From contig CAZYUX010000001.1 of NCBI GenBank assembly GCA_964650745.1, forward strand, positions 1-49,210: 49,210 bases of DNA, in the 5' to 3' direction. The notes under the pieces were generated by a model. The model had not been told where the DNA came from. It saw nothing but the letters and a program-made list of their open reading frames with translations, and did not search any database. The stretch is from an uncultured Puniceicoccaceae bacterium (GTDB lineage: Bacteria; Verrucomicrobiota; Verrucomicrobiia; Opitutales; CAZYUX01). Of the stretch, positions 25,271 through 34,664 are shown one piece after another; the stretch's first letter is position 1; each line of letters opens with the position of its first letter. Position numbers and translations under genes: made by a program.

Positions 25271-27589
25271 TCAGACAGCCGCCACCGGCTCGTCTTTTTC
25301 TTCTTTGATCGCCGTCATGTCGGGCGGCACGGTGGTGAGGGCTTCGATGATGGTGGAGTCGCCGTCCTTGACCTTCAGCATGCTGTCCTGGTGGAGGGTT
25401 TTCATGCCGGAGCGCATGGCGATGCGTTTGATTTCCGCCGTTTCGGCTTCGCGGTTGATGGCGGAGGTGAGGTCGTCATTGTTGACCATCAGCTCGTGGA
25501 TGCCGATGCGGCCTTTCATGCCTCTGCCGCCGCATTGGGGGCATCCGTCCTCGCTGGCTTTGCAGATTTCGCCGGACCAGCCCAGAGCGGTTTCCAGGAG
25601 TTCTTTTTCCCGCTCTTCCGGCTGATAAGCTTCCCGGCAGTCCTTGCACACCCGCCGCATCAGGCGCTGGGCGCAGACAATCAGCAGCGAGGCTGAAATC
25701 ATGAAGGGCTCGACGTTCATGTCGGAGAAACGGGCGATGGTGCTGGGAGCATCGTTGGTGTGGAGCGTGCTCAGGAGCAAGTGCCCGGTGAGGGCCGCTT
25801 CGATGGCGATTTCCGCCGTCTCGGTATCGCGGATTTCCCCCACGAGGATGACGTCGGGGTCCATGCGCAGGTAGCAGCGCAGGGCGCGCGCGAAAGTCAG
25901 GCCGATTTGGCGGTGCATCTGCATCTGGTTGATGCCGGGAACGGTGTATTCGATGGGGTCTTCCGCGGTCTGGATGTTGATTTCGGGGTTGGCGATTTCC
26001 CGCAGGGCCGAAAACAGCGTCATGGACTTGCCGCTGCCTGTGGGGCCGCAGTGAAGGATCATTCCGTAGGGCTGGCGGATGGTCCGGCGGTAGATTTCGA
26101 GGTTGAGGTTGGAAAAGCCCAGGGCGGTGATCGGCAGGGCCGCTTTGGTCTTGTCGAGGATGCGCATGACGATTTTCTCGCCGAAGTTCATCGGGCCGGT
26201 GGCCACGCGCAGGTCAATGTCTATGTTCTTTTTCGTGAAATGCTTGAAGACGATGCGCCCGTCCTGAGGGAGGCGTTTTTCGGCGATGTCCAGGTTGCTC
26301 ATGATCTTGACGCGGGCCGTCAGCGGGCCGGACACGGTCTTGGGCAGGCGCAGTTTCTCCTCGCAGCGCCCGTCTATGCGGTAGCGGATGAGCAAGTCTT
26401 TCTCCTGTGGCTCGATGTGGATGTCACTGGCGCCGAGCATGAAGGCTTCCTCGACAATGCGGTTGGCCAGTTTGATGATGGGGGCGGAATCCTCGTCGGT
26501 CATGGCTTCAATATTGATGCCGTCGGCGATGCCTTCGCCGTATGCATCTTCCAGGTTTCCGGCCAGTTCCTGCATTTCTTCGCTTCCCGCTTTCATTTGC
26601 TGTTCCCTGGCTTTGCCGAAGCATTGTTCCATGAGTTTGTCTATCAGGGATGCCGGCGCCACTTTGACTTCTTCCACGTGCAGTTCCGTGGCGATCTGGA
26701 AGGATTCCTTTCGGGGCAGGTCCAATGGGTTCGTCATCAGAGCGGCCACTGAAGTGGGGCTGAGGCGTTTATACGGAAGGATTCCTTCCCGGGTGATGAC
26801 CGCTTCCCCGACGACTTCGACGAGTTTCCCGTCCACTTCCAGTTCGCTGGCGTCGGAGACCATTTCCGTGCCGGTGTAACGGGCGATGTATTTGGCCGTG
26901 TCCGTGTCGCTGATTTGAAAGTTCGGATCGAGCATGCGGTGGATGAGGGGCGAGGAGTATTCCGCCACCTCCATGAGCATCTTCATTTCCCGCGGGACGA
27001 ACTCTTGGTTAACCGCGCCGGGCTCCTTGTTGAGGACTTGGATGGCGCCGATGACTTTTTTGGTTTTCAGCGGGACGGTGAGCATGGATGTGACCTTGAA
27101 GCCCGTTTCGCGGGCCAGTGAGTAGAGTTCCTGGCCATTGCGTTCCTGGCTGAAAAACACGGGTTCTCCGGTTTCGACGACCTTGCCCACCACGCCGGTG
27201 CCGATGGGGATTTTCATTTGCAGGAGTTTTTCCCGTTTGGTTTCGAATTCCCGCTCTTTTTCCGGATCGTCTTCCCAGAGGGAGGGGGAGTAGTAAACAT
27301 GCTTGAAAACGATTTCTTTGCCTTCGACAAGGTAGAGCGTCATGGCTTGGGCTTCGAGGGCTTCCGCCACTTTGCTGGCAGTCAGCTCGATGACGCCGCT
27401 TACGTCTTCCTGCGTGGGCTGGGGTTTGGAAATGACTTTTAACAGCAGCGTTCTGCGTAAAATGTTGGGCAGGCCTGTGTTCATGTGGCGAATATGGTTG
27501 AATGATGGGGCCTCCCGCCGCGCGCGCGGCGGCGCCATTTTTCTTTTAATTCCTGTCTTCTTGTATACATATAGCGCGGCATAAAACAA
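25271..27589 (-). CDS. GspE/PilB-family secretion ATPase with an N-terminal GAF domain
   Basis: The ATPase core has Walker A '[14 protein letters not shown]', '[15 protein letters not shown]' and the His box '[13 protein letters not shown]'. The tetracysteine motif is 'CKDC...CPQCGGRG'. The upstream GAF-like segment reads '[16 protein letters not shown]...[20 protein letters not shown]...[23 protein letters not shown]'. Alternative starts exist at 27538 and 27484. Confidence 0.9.
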   Translation of the reverse strand: MFYAALYVYKKTGIKRKMAPPRARREAPSFNHIRHMNTGLPNILRRTLLLKVISKPQPTQEDVSGVIELTASKVAEALEAQAMTLYLVEGKEIVFKHVYYSPSLWEDDPEKEREFETKREKLLQMKIPIGTGVVGKVVETGEPVFFSQERNGQELYSLARETGFKVTSMLTVPLKTKKVIGAIQVLNKEPGAVNQEFVPREMKMLMEVAEYSSPLIHRMLDPNFQISDTDTAKYIARYTGTEMVSDASELEVDGKLVEVVGEAVITREGILPYKRLSPTSVAALMTNPLDLPRKESFQIATELHVEEVKVAPASLIDKLMEQCFGKAREQQMKAGSEEMQELAGNLEDAYGEGIADGINIEAMTDEDSAPIIKLANRIVEEAFMLGASDIHIEPQEKDLLIRYRIDGRCEEKLRLPKTVSGPLTARVKIMSNLDIAEKRLPQDGRIVFKHFTKKNIDIDLRVATGPMNFGEKIVMRILDKTKAALPITALGFSNLNLEIYRRTIRQPYGMILHCGPTGSGKSMTLFSALREIANPEINIQTAEDPIEYTVPGINQMQMHRQIGLTFARALRCYLRMDPDVILVGEIRDTETAEIAIEAALTGHLLLSTLHTNDAPSTIARFSDMNVEPFMISASLLIVCAQRLMRRVCKDCREAYQPEEREKELLETALGWSGEICKASEDGCPQCGGRGMKGRIGIHELMVNNDDLTSAINREAETAEIKRIAMRSGMKTLHQDSMLKVKDGDSTIIEALTTVPPDMTAIKEEKDEPVAAV

Positions 27590-27615
27590 AACTTTTTTTA
27601 ACCGGACCCGCCTTC

Positions 27616-28038
27616 GTGTGGAATTATTGGCTCAGCTTTTTCCGCCCTCGCCCCCCGGAGACACGCTCTGAAATGGGCGAATTGGGCGAGGAGCGGGCCG
27701 CCGTTTTCCTGCGGCGGCGCAAGGGCTTCAAGATTGTGTGCCGCAACTGGTGGTGCGGCGAGGGCGAGATTGACATCGTGGCCTGGGATGGCCCCGTGCT
27801 CGTTTTCGTGGAAGTGCGCTCCCGCCGGGCTGGTGCGCTCGTGCCTGGCTATCACACGTTGACCCGCCGGAAAAAAAATGCCTTGCGGGGGGCTTGCCGG
27901 GCTTATTTACGCCAGTTGCGCGTCAAACCGCGCCATTTCCGTCTCGATATCGTGGAAATCCGCATGCGCGGGCCGGGTGATTTCAGTGTCAACCATTATC
28001 CAAACAAGCCGCTCTTCTCCAAAAACAGCCGTTTTTGA
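27616..28038 (+). CDS. YraN-family (UPF0102) endonuclease-like protein
   Basis: '[50 protein letters not shown]...RFDIVEI'. The start could be the internal ATG at 27673. Confidence 0.85.
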   Translation: MWNYWLSFFRPRPPETRSEMGELGEERAAVFLRRRKGFKIVCRNWWCGEGEIDIVAWDGPVLVFVEVRSRRAGALVPGYHTLTRRKKNALRGACRAYLRQLRVKPRHFRLDIVEIRMRGPGDFSVNHYPNKPLFSKNSRF

Positions 28039-28051
28039 CCGCCCGGCGGCG

Positions 28052-29140
28052 TCATGGGACGGGCTGCAATCGGCCTGTTCCGGGGAGGTAAAACCAGCGG
28101 GGATTTTTCGATCCGGTGTAAAACCACAGCCATTCACCGCTGGAGGCCCGCCAAAGAAAAGGATAAGCGGCGGGTGAGGTCCACAGCCAGTCCAAAGCGG
28201 AATCGTAGAGCCATAACGAGTTCCCGCCCGCTCCGGCGCAGTAGAGCCAGCCGTGCCGGTTGTGCCAGATCCAGGGGAAGGCGCCGCCGTGGAAGACACC
28301 GAACCAGCCGGACCGAAACCACCCGCCGGCCAGGGCGGACGCGCCGGGGAAGTAAGCCAAGACCGGGTGCGCCGGGGCGGGATATCTCACGGCTGCGGCA
28401 TCGAGGTCGAAGCCGGCGGAGGCCACGGTTCTGAACGGGTCATAGATGGGATCCCCGGAAGTGTCAAAGTCGGAGCCGCCGCCGGCAATGTCAACGATGC
28501 GCACGTAACGCACTTGGCTGATGTCAAGCCGCGCCTTGTCCGCCAGCTCCGCCAGGTCGAAGGGCGTGCCGAAGCCTTTGCGGTATTTGCCGGCCAGGCC
28601 GCTGACATGTGTTGTGTCAATGCTGCCGAAAGCGCCCACCGGCGCCGGCGTCAGCGAGTCGTTGGGAAAGCGGAAATAATTTTCACCGTCGGAGGAGACT
28701 TCAACGAATGCCAGTTCGAGAAAAGTGTCACTGAAACTGTTTTCGAAGATGGCGAGATCCCAGCCGGGGCCATCGCCGAAGCCATTTCCGAAGGTGAGGA
28801 CGATGGAGCCGCCGTTGCCCAGAGAGACGACATCCATGCCTGTGTTGCTTTCGGAAGCCTCCGCCGGGCCGAGGGCTTTTTCCGGGTTTTGCCATGCATC
28901 ACTCAGGTCTTCTCCGGGGGAGTATCCGGTATAATCCTCGGCCCAGGCGGCAATCGCGGGGTCGGATGCGGCCACGGCTTCTGATCCGGGCTTTCCGGCG
29001 GCTGGAGCATAGGGCCCGGCTTCCAGGCAAGCTGCCAGCATGAACAATCCGGCAAGGGCCAGCTGGCGCGAAAAGATCGGAGAATAGCGCCAATCAAGCG
29101 CGGCGGCAAAAGCCCGCGCCGCTTGTATTTCCAGGTTCAT
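28052..29140 (-). CDS. Predicted lipoprotein with a central beta-rich domain and a Trp-rich C-terminal module
   Basis: The lipobox is 'LAGLFMLAAC'. The central region is 'SLGNGGSIVLTFGNGFGDGPGWDLAIFEN...LAFVEVSSDGENYFRF'. The C-terminal 91 aa are rich in W, Y and F ('FPWIWHNRHGWLY', 'WLYDSALDWLW', 'EWLWFY'). Confidence 0.7.
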   Translation of the reverse strand: MNLEIQAARAFAAALDWRYSPIFSRQLALAGLFMLAACLEAGPYAPAAGKPGSEAVAASDPAIAAWAEDYTGYSPGEDLSDAWQNPEKALGPAEASESNTGMDVVSLGNGGSIVLTFGNGFGDGPGWDLAIFENSFSDTFLELAFVEVSSDGENYFRFPNDSLTPAPVGAFGSIDTTHVSGLAGKYRKGFGTPFDLAELADKARLDISQVRYVRIVDIAGGGSDFDTSGDPIYDPFRTVASAGFDLDAAAVRYPAPAHPVLAYFPGASALAGGWFRSGWFGVFHGGAFPWIWHNRHGWLYCAGAGGNSLWLYDSALDWLWTSPAAYPFLWRASSGEWLWFYTGSKNPRWFYLPGTGRLQPVP

Positions 29141-29243
29141 CCCGCCTGTCTTGATCCGGCGGCGCTTTTTGTCAATCTTTAATGGCAGAGAGCTGCCAAT
29201 TAATCCCGGGCGGCTTCTCGTGAGCGGTTCGGCTTTGGTTTTT

Positions 29244-29849
29244 TTAACCGAGAGCCTGTTTAATGATTTCCTCGGTGGCGGCGGCGGGGCCGAGTTTTTC
29301 CATGGCTTGGCGGACAGCCTTGTCGGCGGTGTTGGGCTTGTATCCCAGCGTGATGAGCGCGGATACGGCGTCCTGGTAATGGGTGGTTTCCGCGGGGGTC
29401 TTCGCGGCAGTTATACCGGCGGAGGGCGGGGGAGCGCCGGTTCCCGGAGCGATATGGTCTTTTAACTCGATAACGAGGCGTTCGGCCGTTTTTTTGCCGA
29501 TGCCGGGGCACTTGGCCAGCAGCGCGGCGTCGGCGGAGGCGATGGCGTTTTTCAGCGTGGCCACGGAGAGTTTGCTCATGATGCTCAAGGCGATTCTCGG
29601 CCCCACGCCGGTCACCTTCTCCGTCAGCAAGCGGAAGAATTCGCGGTCCTCTTTGTTGTGGAATCCGTAAAGTTTCTGCGAATCCTCCCGGTAAACGGCG
29701 CAGGTGTAGAGTTTAACCTTTTGCCCCGCGGGGGGCAGGCGCTCGATCGTTGTCACCGGAGCGTGCACCTCGTAGCCGACGCCGCCGATTCCGATGACCG
29801 CGCTCAGCGGCGTCGTTTCCTCTAAAATACCTGTCAGCGTTGCAATCAT
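29244..29849 (-). CDS. ruvA: Holliday junction DNA helicase subunit RuvA
   Basis: 'MIATLTGILEE...GVGYEVHAP', 'LYGFHNKEDREFFRLL', 'VTGVGPRIALSIMS' and 'LAKCPGIGKKTAERLVIELKD'. The start is at Met 34 of track ORF 29244..29948. Confidence 0.92.
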   Translation of the reverse strand: MIATLTGILEETTPLSAVIGIGGVGYEVHAPVTTIERLPPAGQKVKLYTCAVYREDSQKLYGFHNKEDREFFRLLTEKVTGVGPRIALSIMSKLSVATLKNAIASADAALLAKCPGIGKKTAERLVIELKDHIAPGTGAPPPSAGITAAKTPAETTHYQDAVSALITLGYKPNTADKAVRQAMEKLGPAAATEEIIKQALG

Positions 29850-29957
29850 GTTATGCGGCCGTGTTTGGGCGCCGGTGATGACAAAGGTGATGTTATTGGA
29901 TTTCTCGTCTGGTATTGGAAAGGGTGCGGCCCGCTTTGAAAAAAACAATTAAAAATG

Positions 29958-29984
29958 AACCCGGGAAATTCTGGGAGCCGGGTT
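29958..29984 (-). terminator. Probable intrinsic terminator of the M20-gpgS-GT-HAD operon
   Basis: On the minus strand, 'AACCCGG-ctcccagaatttc-CCGGGTT' is followed by the T-rich tail 'CATTTTTAATTGTTTTTTT'. It lies about 35 nt downstream of the HAD stop at 30017. Confidence 0.5.
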
Positions 29985-30016
29985 TCGGAAGAAGGTTCAA
30001 ACAAGGCCGGGGTGGT

Positions 30017-30907
30017 TTAATCCCGCAAGGCATTCTGAATGCCGCGAAGTTCGGTCAGCACCGCGCCGGGCCGGGTTCCGGCGCAGGCGGGATCGTCCTG
30101 GCGCAGGCGCAGGGAGCGCCGGTCTCCCGCGAACAGCGCCGTGCGGAAACCGGCCTGTTGCGCCGGGAGAATGTCGTTGCGCATGTCGTTGCCGGTGTAG
30201 AGGACTTCTTCCGGTTTGATGCCGCGGTTTTGGAGGGTTTCGGCCAGATGGCGGTAAAGGCTGACGGAGGGTTTGGCCTCCCGCATCCGGTAAGACCAGA
30301 CCCGGCAGTCCGGATCGAAGCCCAGGTCATCGAGGGTTTTCCCCAGCAAAGCTTCAAACAGCAATGGCGTGAAAAACTGGGCGTTGGAGACGATGCCCAG
30401 AAGCAGGCCGCGTTTTCCCAGCTCCGCCAGCACGGTTTCCATTTCCGGCATCGGCCAGACCGGATTGGCCAGGCATTCGTAAGTGACGGCCAGGTCTTCG
30501 GCTTTTTCCATATTCGCGGAGGGGAAGCCCGATTCTTTCTCCGGCAGCCAATCCAGAAGCGTGCGCCAAATTTGGCGGATTTCGACTTCAGGATGCTCCG
30601 CGCCTTCCTTCCGGCGGCGTTCGTGATCTTGCCGGATGAGATTGTGGAACTTTTCGCACAAGCGAAGGTCCGGACCGGGGGCTGGAAGCCCGCACTCGGC
30701 GAATGCCTGGCGCATCAGTTCCTCGCGGTCTTCCTGGGCCGCCAGGCCGATGTCCCCTGATCCGGAGATGAGAAGGGTGCCGTAGACGTCAAAAGCCGCG
30801 CCGCGCAGATTGGGGCAGGGATCCATCCGGGGCGCGGCATCGGCTGGCAAAGGCTCGAGCGGCGCGGAATGCCGCCGGATGATTTCGATGAGGCGGGATC
30901 GGTTCAC
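30017..30907 (-). CDS. HAD-superfamily hydrolase, with motif I of the D-x-Y type
   Basis: Motif I is 'AAFDVYGTLL', motif II is 'LLGIVSNAQ', the motif III Lys is in 'REAKPS', and motif IV is 'LYTGNDMRNDI'. There is a 4-nt overlap with the upstream GT gene. Confidence 0.8.
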   Translation of the reverse strand: MNRSRLIEIIRRHSAPLEPLPADAAPRMDPCPNLRGAAFDVYGTLLISGSGDIGLAAQEDREELMRQAFAECGLPAPGPDLRLCEKFHNLIRQDHERRRKEGAEHPEVEIRQIWRTLLDWLPEKESGFPSANMEKAEDLAVTYECLANPVWPMPEMETVLAELGKRGLLLGIVSNAQFFTPLLFEALLGKTLDDLGFDPDCRVWSYRMREAKPSVSLYRHLAETLQNRGIKPEEVLYTGNDMRNDILPAQQAGFRTALFAGDRRSLRLRQDDPACAGTRPGAVLTELRGIQNALRD

Positions 30908-32352
30908 GAGAGCAAAAGGCGGAAACGGGCGGGGTCGAGGAAGGCGTCAAGCAGTTTGCCGGCTTCCAGAGCGGCCGGCTCCGCCTCCGGAGCCTCGTTC
31001 AGCTTCCGGTATATGGCCGCCAGTTTTTCCCCGTAAGCTTCGAGGCTGTAAGCTTCCTGGACGCGCTGGCGATTGCGGACAATGACACTCTCTTCTTGCG
31101 GATGGCTCCAGGATAAAGGTCTGATTTCAGTCCGCGCTTGTTTTGACGCGTTCACTTTTTCAATCACGCTTTCCTGTAACGGTTCATCCAGAGCGCCGAA
31201 ATCCGCCAGGCCTTCGCGAATGGCGGCTGCCCGCGCGCGTTCCGCGGCGTCCGGCGGCGCGGCGCGGCCATAGGCGGCATAGGTCTTGCGCAAAGCTCCG
31301 GCCAGGCGGCGGTTCCAGGTTTCTTCATCCACCCAGGCCAGAGGCACTTCCAGACGCTCGTAGAGCTGGGGCAGGTCAATGCCGGCTTCGGTGAAGTCGC
31401 CGGTAATCTCCGGCAGGTTGCGGCCCAGAATGCTCTTGCCAAAAAGCCAGGGCTCGAGAAAAGCCAGGCCGAAGCCTTCGGCCACGCTTGTTGTCAGCAG
31501 GGCGCGGGCGGCGTTGACCCATTCAGAGAAGGTGTGTGAACTGTCCTGCGCGATGGCCAGCCGCACGGGGAGTTTCAGCTCTTCAGCGAACCTGGCCCAG
31601 CGGCTGTGAACAGGCTGCCAGAGAGGATTGTCCGGAGCCAGAGTGGTGGCGAACAAATCGCCTTTTCCTCCCAGTGAACTGATGAGCAAAAACTCGCCCA
31701 CATTCTTGCGCCGGATGGCGCGGGTGGGGTAAAGAAAAAGCCGGTCCGTTTCCGGCAACGGGGGGATGGGCGCGGTTTGTTCACGGTCACCGGGCAGAGC
31801 CACGGGATTGGGCAGCAAGTGCAGTTGCTCCGGAGGGGCGCCCGCCCGGCCCAGAAAATTCCGGTCGCGCTGGTTTAAAACGGCGTAATGAACCCGCGGC
31901 GACAAGGGGTAAACCGCTTCTTCCCATTTAGGCGTTTGCTGGAGGACCGCGTAGTTTCCGGGCCGTCCGTCCTCGGCGAAGTCGTGGATTTGAAGCAGCA
32001 GTTTCTTCTTTTGCGAAACGAAAACACGAAGGATTTCCGGAAGCGCGGCATTCTTGCCAAGGGAATGGTTGTGAAAATGCCAAATATCAGGATCATGGCC
32101 GCCGAAAGCCTGACGGGCTTTTTCCCGCAGTTGCTCCGCGGCGGCGGCCGGGTCCGCCGCGCCGGCGCCGGGGCGGTAGGACAGAGCCGGAACCGCGCAC
32201 GCCGGCGCGGGCAGTTTGTCGCGCGGGCGTTCGCCGGCCAGGATCACTGTTTCCGCATCCAGCGGGCGCAATGCCCGGGCGGCGTTGGCGATGACGCGGG
32301 TGACGCCCCCGCGGCGCAGGTGGTAATGGACAATGGCAATACGCAAGCTCAT
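30904..32352 (-). CDS. GT-B fold retaining glycosyltransferase (GT4-like), 482 aa
   Basis: The N-terminus is 'IAIVHYHLRRGGVTRVI'. The E-x7-E motif is 'SVAEGFGLAFLEPWLFG'. The acceptor cannot be determined from sequence. Confidence 0.7.
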   Translation of the reverse strand: MSLRIAIVHYHLRRGGVTRVIANAARALRPLDAETVILAGERPRDKLPAPACAVPALSYRPGAGAADPAAAAEQLREKARQAFGGHDPDIWHFHNHSLGKNAALPEILRVFVSQKKKLLLQIHDFAEDGRPGNYAVLQQTPKWEEAVYPLSPRVHYAVLNQRDRNFLGRAGAPPEQLHLLPNPVALPGDREQTAPIPPLPETDRLFLYPTRAIRRKNVGEFLLISSLGGKGDLFATTLAPDNPLWQPVHSRWARFAEELKLPVRLAIAQDSSHTFSEWVNAARALLTTSVAEGFGLAFLEPWLFGKSILGRNLPEITGDFTEAGIDLPQLYERLEVPLAWVDEETWNRRLAGALRKTYAAYGRAAPPDAAERARAAAIREGLADFGALDEPLQESVIEKVNASKQARTEIRPLSWSHPQEESVIVRNRQRVQEAYSLEAYGEKLAAIYRKLNEAPEAEPAALEAGKLLDAFLDPARFRLLLS

Positions 32353-32386
32353 GGAATCCGCGGCAACGGTTCCGCTGATAAAAGGT

Positions 32387-33376
32387 TCAGGTCCCTTTTT
32401 CCTTGATGCCCCGTTTTTCCCGGTAGGCGGGGATCGTGATCATGGGCGGGCGCTCGTCCTCAATGATTTCCAGCGTCCACTGCTCATATTTTTTCTCATG
32501 GGCCTGGAACGCCCGGTAGAGCGTGTGCATTTCGGGCAGCTTTTCCATCATGCCGTATTTTTCCATGCGGTGAAAGAAAGCCTGCATGATGCCGAAGGCC
32601 ATCTTGCCCAGCGCCTGGGTGGGCTGGTTGCGGTGGACGCGCTGGTCGAGGTCTGTCTGGGCGATGGCTTCCAGCCCCCATCCGTGGCAGACATCGAGCA
32701 GGTGGGCCGTCTCCACGCCGTAGCCGACGGGAAAGGGGATGCGCTCGAGCACCTCCCGCCGCACCGCGTATTCGCCCGAGAGCGGCTGGATGATGGCCGT
32801 CAGCTCCGGGAAAAACAAGGAGAACAGCGGCCGGGTGAGAATCTCGGTGACGCGCCCCCCGCCCGACGGCCGCAGGCCGGACGACACGGCCAGGGGCCGG
32901 TCGTAGAAGGCTTTCACGTATTTGACGGAGTCGTTGTAAATCAGCGGCGCCACCAGGCCGTAAACGAAACGGGGGTGGATGTTCGAGATATCGGCGTCCA
33001 CGTAGCAGATGATGTCGCCTTTGAGCTGGTGGACGGCTTTCCACAAAGCTTCGCCCTTGCCGGTTTTCGGCTCCATCTCGGGCAGGATGTCGCGCGTGAT
33101 ATAAACGTCAGCCCCGAAGGCGGCCGCGATCTCGCGCGTCTGGTCCGCCGAGTTCGAGTCAATCACGGCGAACTCGTCCACCAGCGGATAGCGGTCCATC
33201 AGCTCGGATTTGAGCAAAACAATTTCCTTGCCGATGGTTTTCTCCTCGTTAAGGGCGGGGATGCATAGGGAGACCGTCAGTTCCTTCTTTTCTTTTTCCT
33301 GAATCAGTTGGAGCAGGTCCCAGAAAAGGCTGTGGTGAAAGGTGTTTGTCTCCAGCCATTTTTCGATTTTATCCAT
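32387..33376 (-). CDS. gpgS: Glucosyl-3-phosphoglycerate synthase (GT81 family)
   Basis: There is strong collinear resemblance to my recollection of mycobacterial GpgS: 'IPALNEEKTIG', 'KTGKGEALWKAV..GDIICYVDADI', 'GGGRVTEILTRPLFSLFFPEL..IIQPLSGEYAVRREVLERIPFPVGYGVE..HLLD' and 'EAIAQTDLDQRVHRNQP'. Confidence 0.82.
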   Translation of the reverse strand: MDKIEKWLETNTFHHSLFWDLLQLIQEKEKKELTVSLCIPALNEEKTIGKEIVLLKSELMDRYPLVDEFAVIDSNSADQTREIAAAFGADVYITRDILPEMEPKTGKGEALWKAVHQLKGDIICYVDADISNIHPRFVYGLVAPLIYNDSVKYVKAFYDRPLAVSSGLRPSGGGRVTEILTRPLFSLFFPELTAIIQPLSGEYAVRREVLERIPFPVGYGVETAHLLDVCHGWGLEAIAQTDLDQRVHRNQPTQALGKMAFGIMQAFFHRMEKYGMMEKLPEMHTLYRAFQAHEKKYEQWTLEIIEDERPPMITIPAYREKRGIKEKGT

Positions 33377-34541
33377 CGCAGCACCCTCCGTCCATGGCTT
33401 TCAACAGGCCCAGAATCTGCGCCAGGCCGCTGAAGATGGGTTCGATATGAATGGTTTCCATTATCTCGTTCTTGTTCTCGCCGGTGGTGACGCCGAGGGT
33501 GACGCCCGGGATGCCCTTGACAATGCATGGCGAAAGATCGCCCACACTCGGCGCGACTTTCGCTTTGATGCCGAGCGGCTCCATGATGCGGCGGGCGCTC
33601 TTGACCAGGGGGTGCCCGAAGGGGATTCCGCCGGGGCTGCGGCGGGAGATGACCTCGAGGCGCGCCGCTGTTTCTTCGTTCGAATTAAGTTCTTCGACCA
33701 GCTCCTCGATTTGCTCCTGGATTTGGCTGACCATGCCGGACTGTTCGCTGCGCACCTCGAACCGCAGCAGCGCGGTTGGGGAGGGGGGGCTGAAAGCGGC
33801 GCCCGAGCGGATCGATCCCAGGACAATCGAGGTTTTCGGCTCCCTCGGCGTGGGGATGGCCAGGATTTTGGAGACCAGTTTGTTCATGGCGATGATCGCG
33901 CTGCTGACGCCGTAGCGTTCCCAGTCCTTTTCCTGGCGCGAGCGGCAGGTGATTTCGCCGCGCAGCATGCCCAGGGCCGAATAGCTCAACCGCCCCAGGT
34001 GCGTGCCCTCCACGCACAAGGCGAAGTTCACCGGCTCCCGCGAGTTGTCGAGAAAAAAGCGGATGCCCGCCAGATCACCCCGCCCAAGGCTGCGGGTCAC
34101 TCCCAAAAGGATGAGGTTGCTGTCCAGCGCGATGCCGAGCCGCTCCAAAATTCCGGGCATGGAAGCGATGACGGCAACCCCCAGGCTGTTGTCGCCGACC
34201 CCCGGCCCCGTCAGGTGGTCGGGCTTGACGGTCACCGTGTGCCGGACCGAGGCGTCGAAAACGGTGTCCGTGTGGGCCAGCATGAGGATGTTGCGCTCGC
34301 CCTTGCGGCCGGGCAGAAAGGCAGCCCCGTTGCCCGCTTCGTCAACGGATATGTTTTGCAGGTTGCTCTCCCGGAACCGGTCCAGGAGAAAGCGGATGCG
34401 CGGCTCCTCGCCGCCTGTCGGGGCCGGGATTTCACCGAAAAGCACGGTGTTTGCGAGGATGATTTCGCGCATCTGGCGCAGGGCCTCGCGGTCTTTGGCC
34501 AGGCTTTCGAGAATCTCCTGCAATTGGTCCGGTTCCGGCAT
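33369..34541 (-). CDS. M20/M42-type metallopeptidase or deacylase family protein
   Basis: 'ILMLAHTDTVFD' (H-x-D), 'GPGVGDNSLGVAVI' and a dimerisation-domain-length insert. There is an 8-nt overlap with the gpgS start. Confidence 0.6.
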   Translation of the reverse strand: MPEPDQLQEILESLAKDREALRQMREIILANTVLFGEIPAPTGGEEPRIRFLLDRFRESNLQNISVDEAGNGAAFLPGRKGERNILMLAHTDTVFDASVRHTVTVKPDHLTGPGVGDNSLGVAVIASMPGILERLGIALDSNLILLGVTRSLGRGDLAGIRFFLDNSREPVNFALCVEGTHLGRLSYSALGMLRGEITCRSRQEKDWERYGVSSAIIAMNKLVSKILAIPTPREPKTSIVLGSIRSGAAFSPPSPTALLRFEVRSEQSGMVSQIQEQIEELVEELNSNEETAARLEVISRRSPGGIPFGHPLVKSARRIMEPLGIKAKVAPSVGDLSPCIVKGIPGVTLGVTTGENKNEIMETIHIEPIFSGLAQILGLLKAMDGGCCDG

Positions 34542-34664
34542 GGTTGGCGAATCATGATGGGCACGCGGGGATGGTTGCCAATGTTTTTCTTTTTCCCGTG
34601 TTGCGGGCGGATTGGCTGAAATGAGCTTGCTTCAATCCTCACAGGGGCCAGAAGTGGTTCACGG

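Noticed and set aside
29179-29203. The near-palindrome 'TTAATGGCAG-AGAG-CTGCCAATTAA' contains TGGCA...TGC, which is reminiscent of a sigma-54 -24/-12 element.
   Set aside because: The spacing is GG-N9-GC on both strands, not the required GG-N10-GC. No enhancer-binding protein is nearby. It may still be an operator and is mentioned under the lipoprotein finding.
21293-29849. ruvB, ruvC and ruvA lie at three separate sites instead of forming a ruvABC or ruvAB operon.
   Set aside because: Dispersed ruv genes occur in many lineages, and all three look intact. This is not unusual enough to report as a finding.
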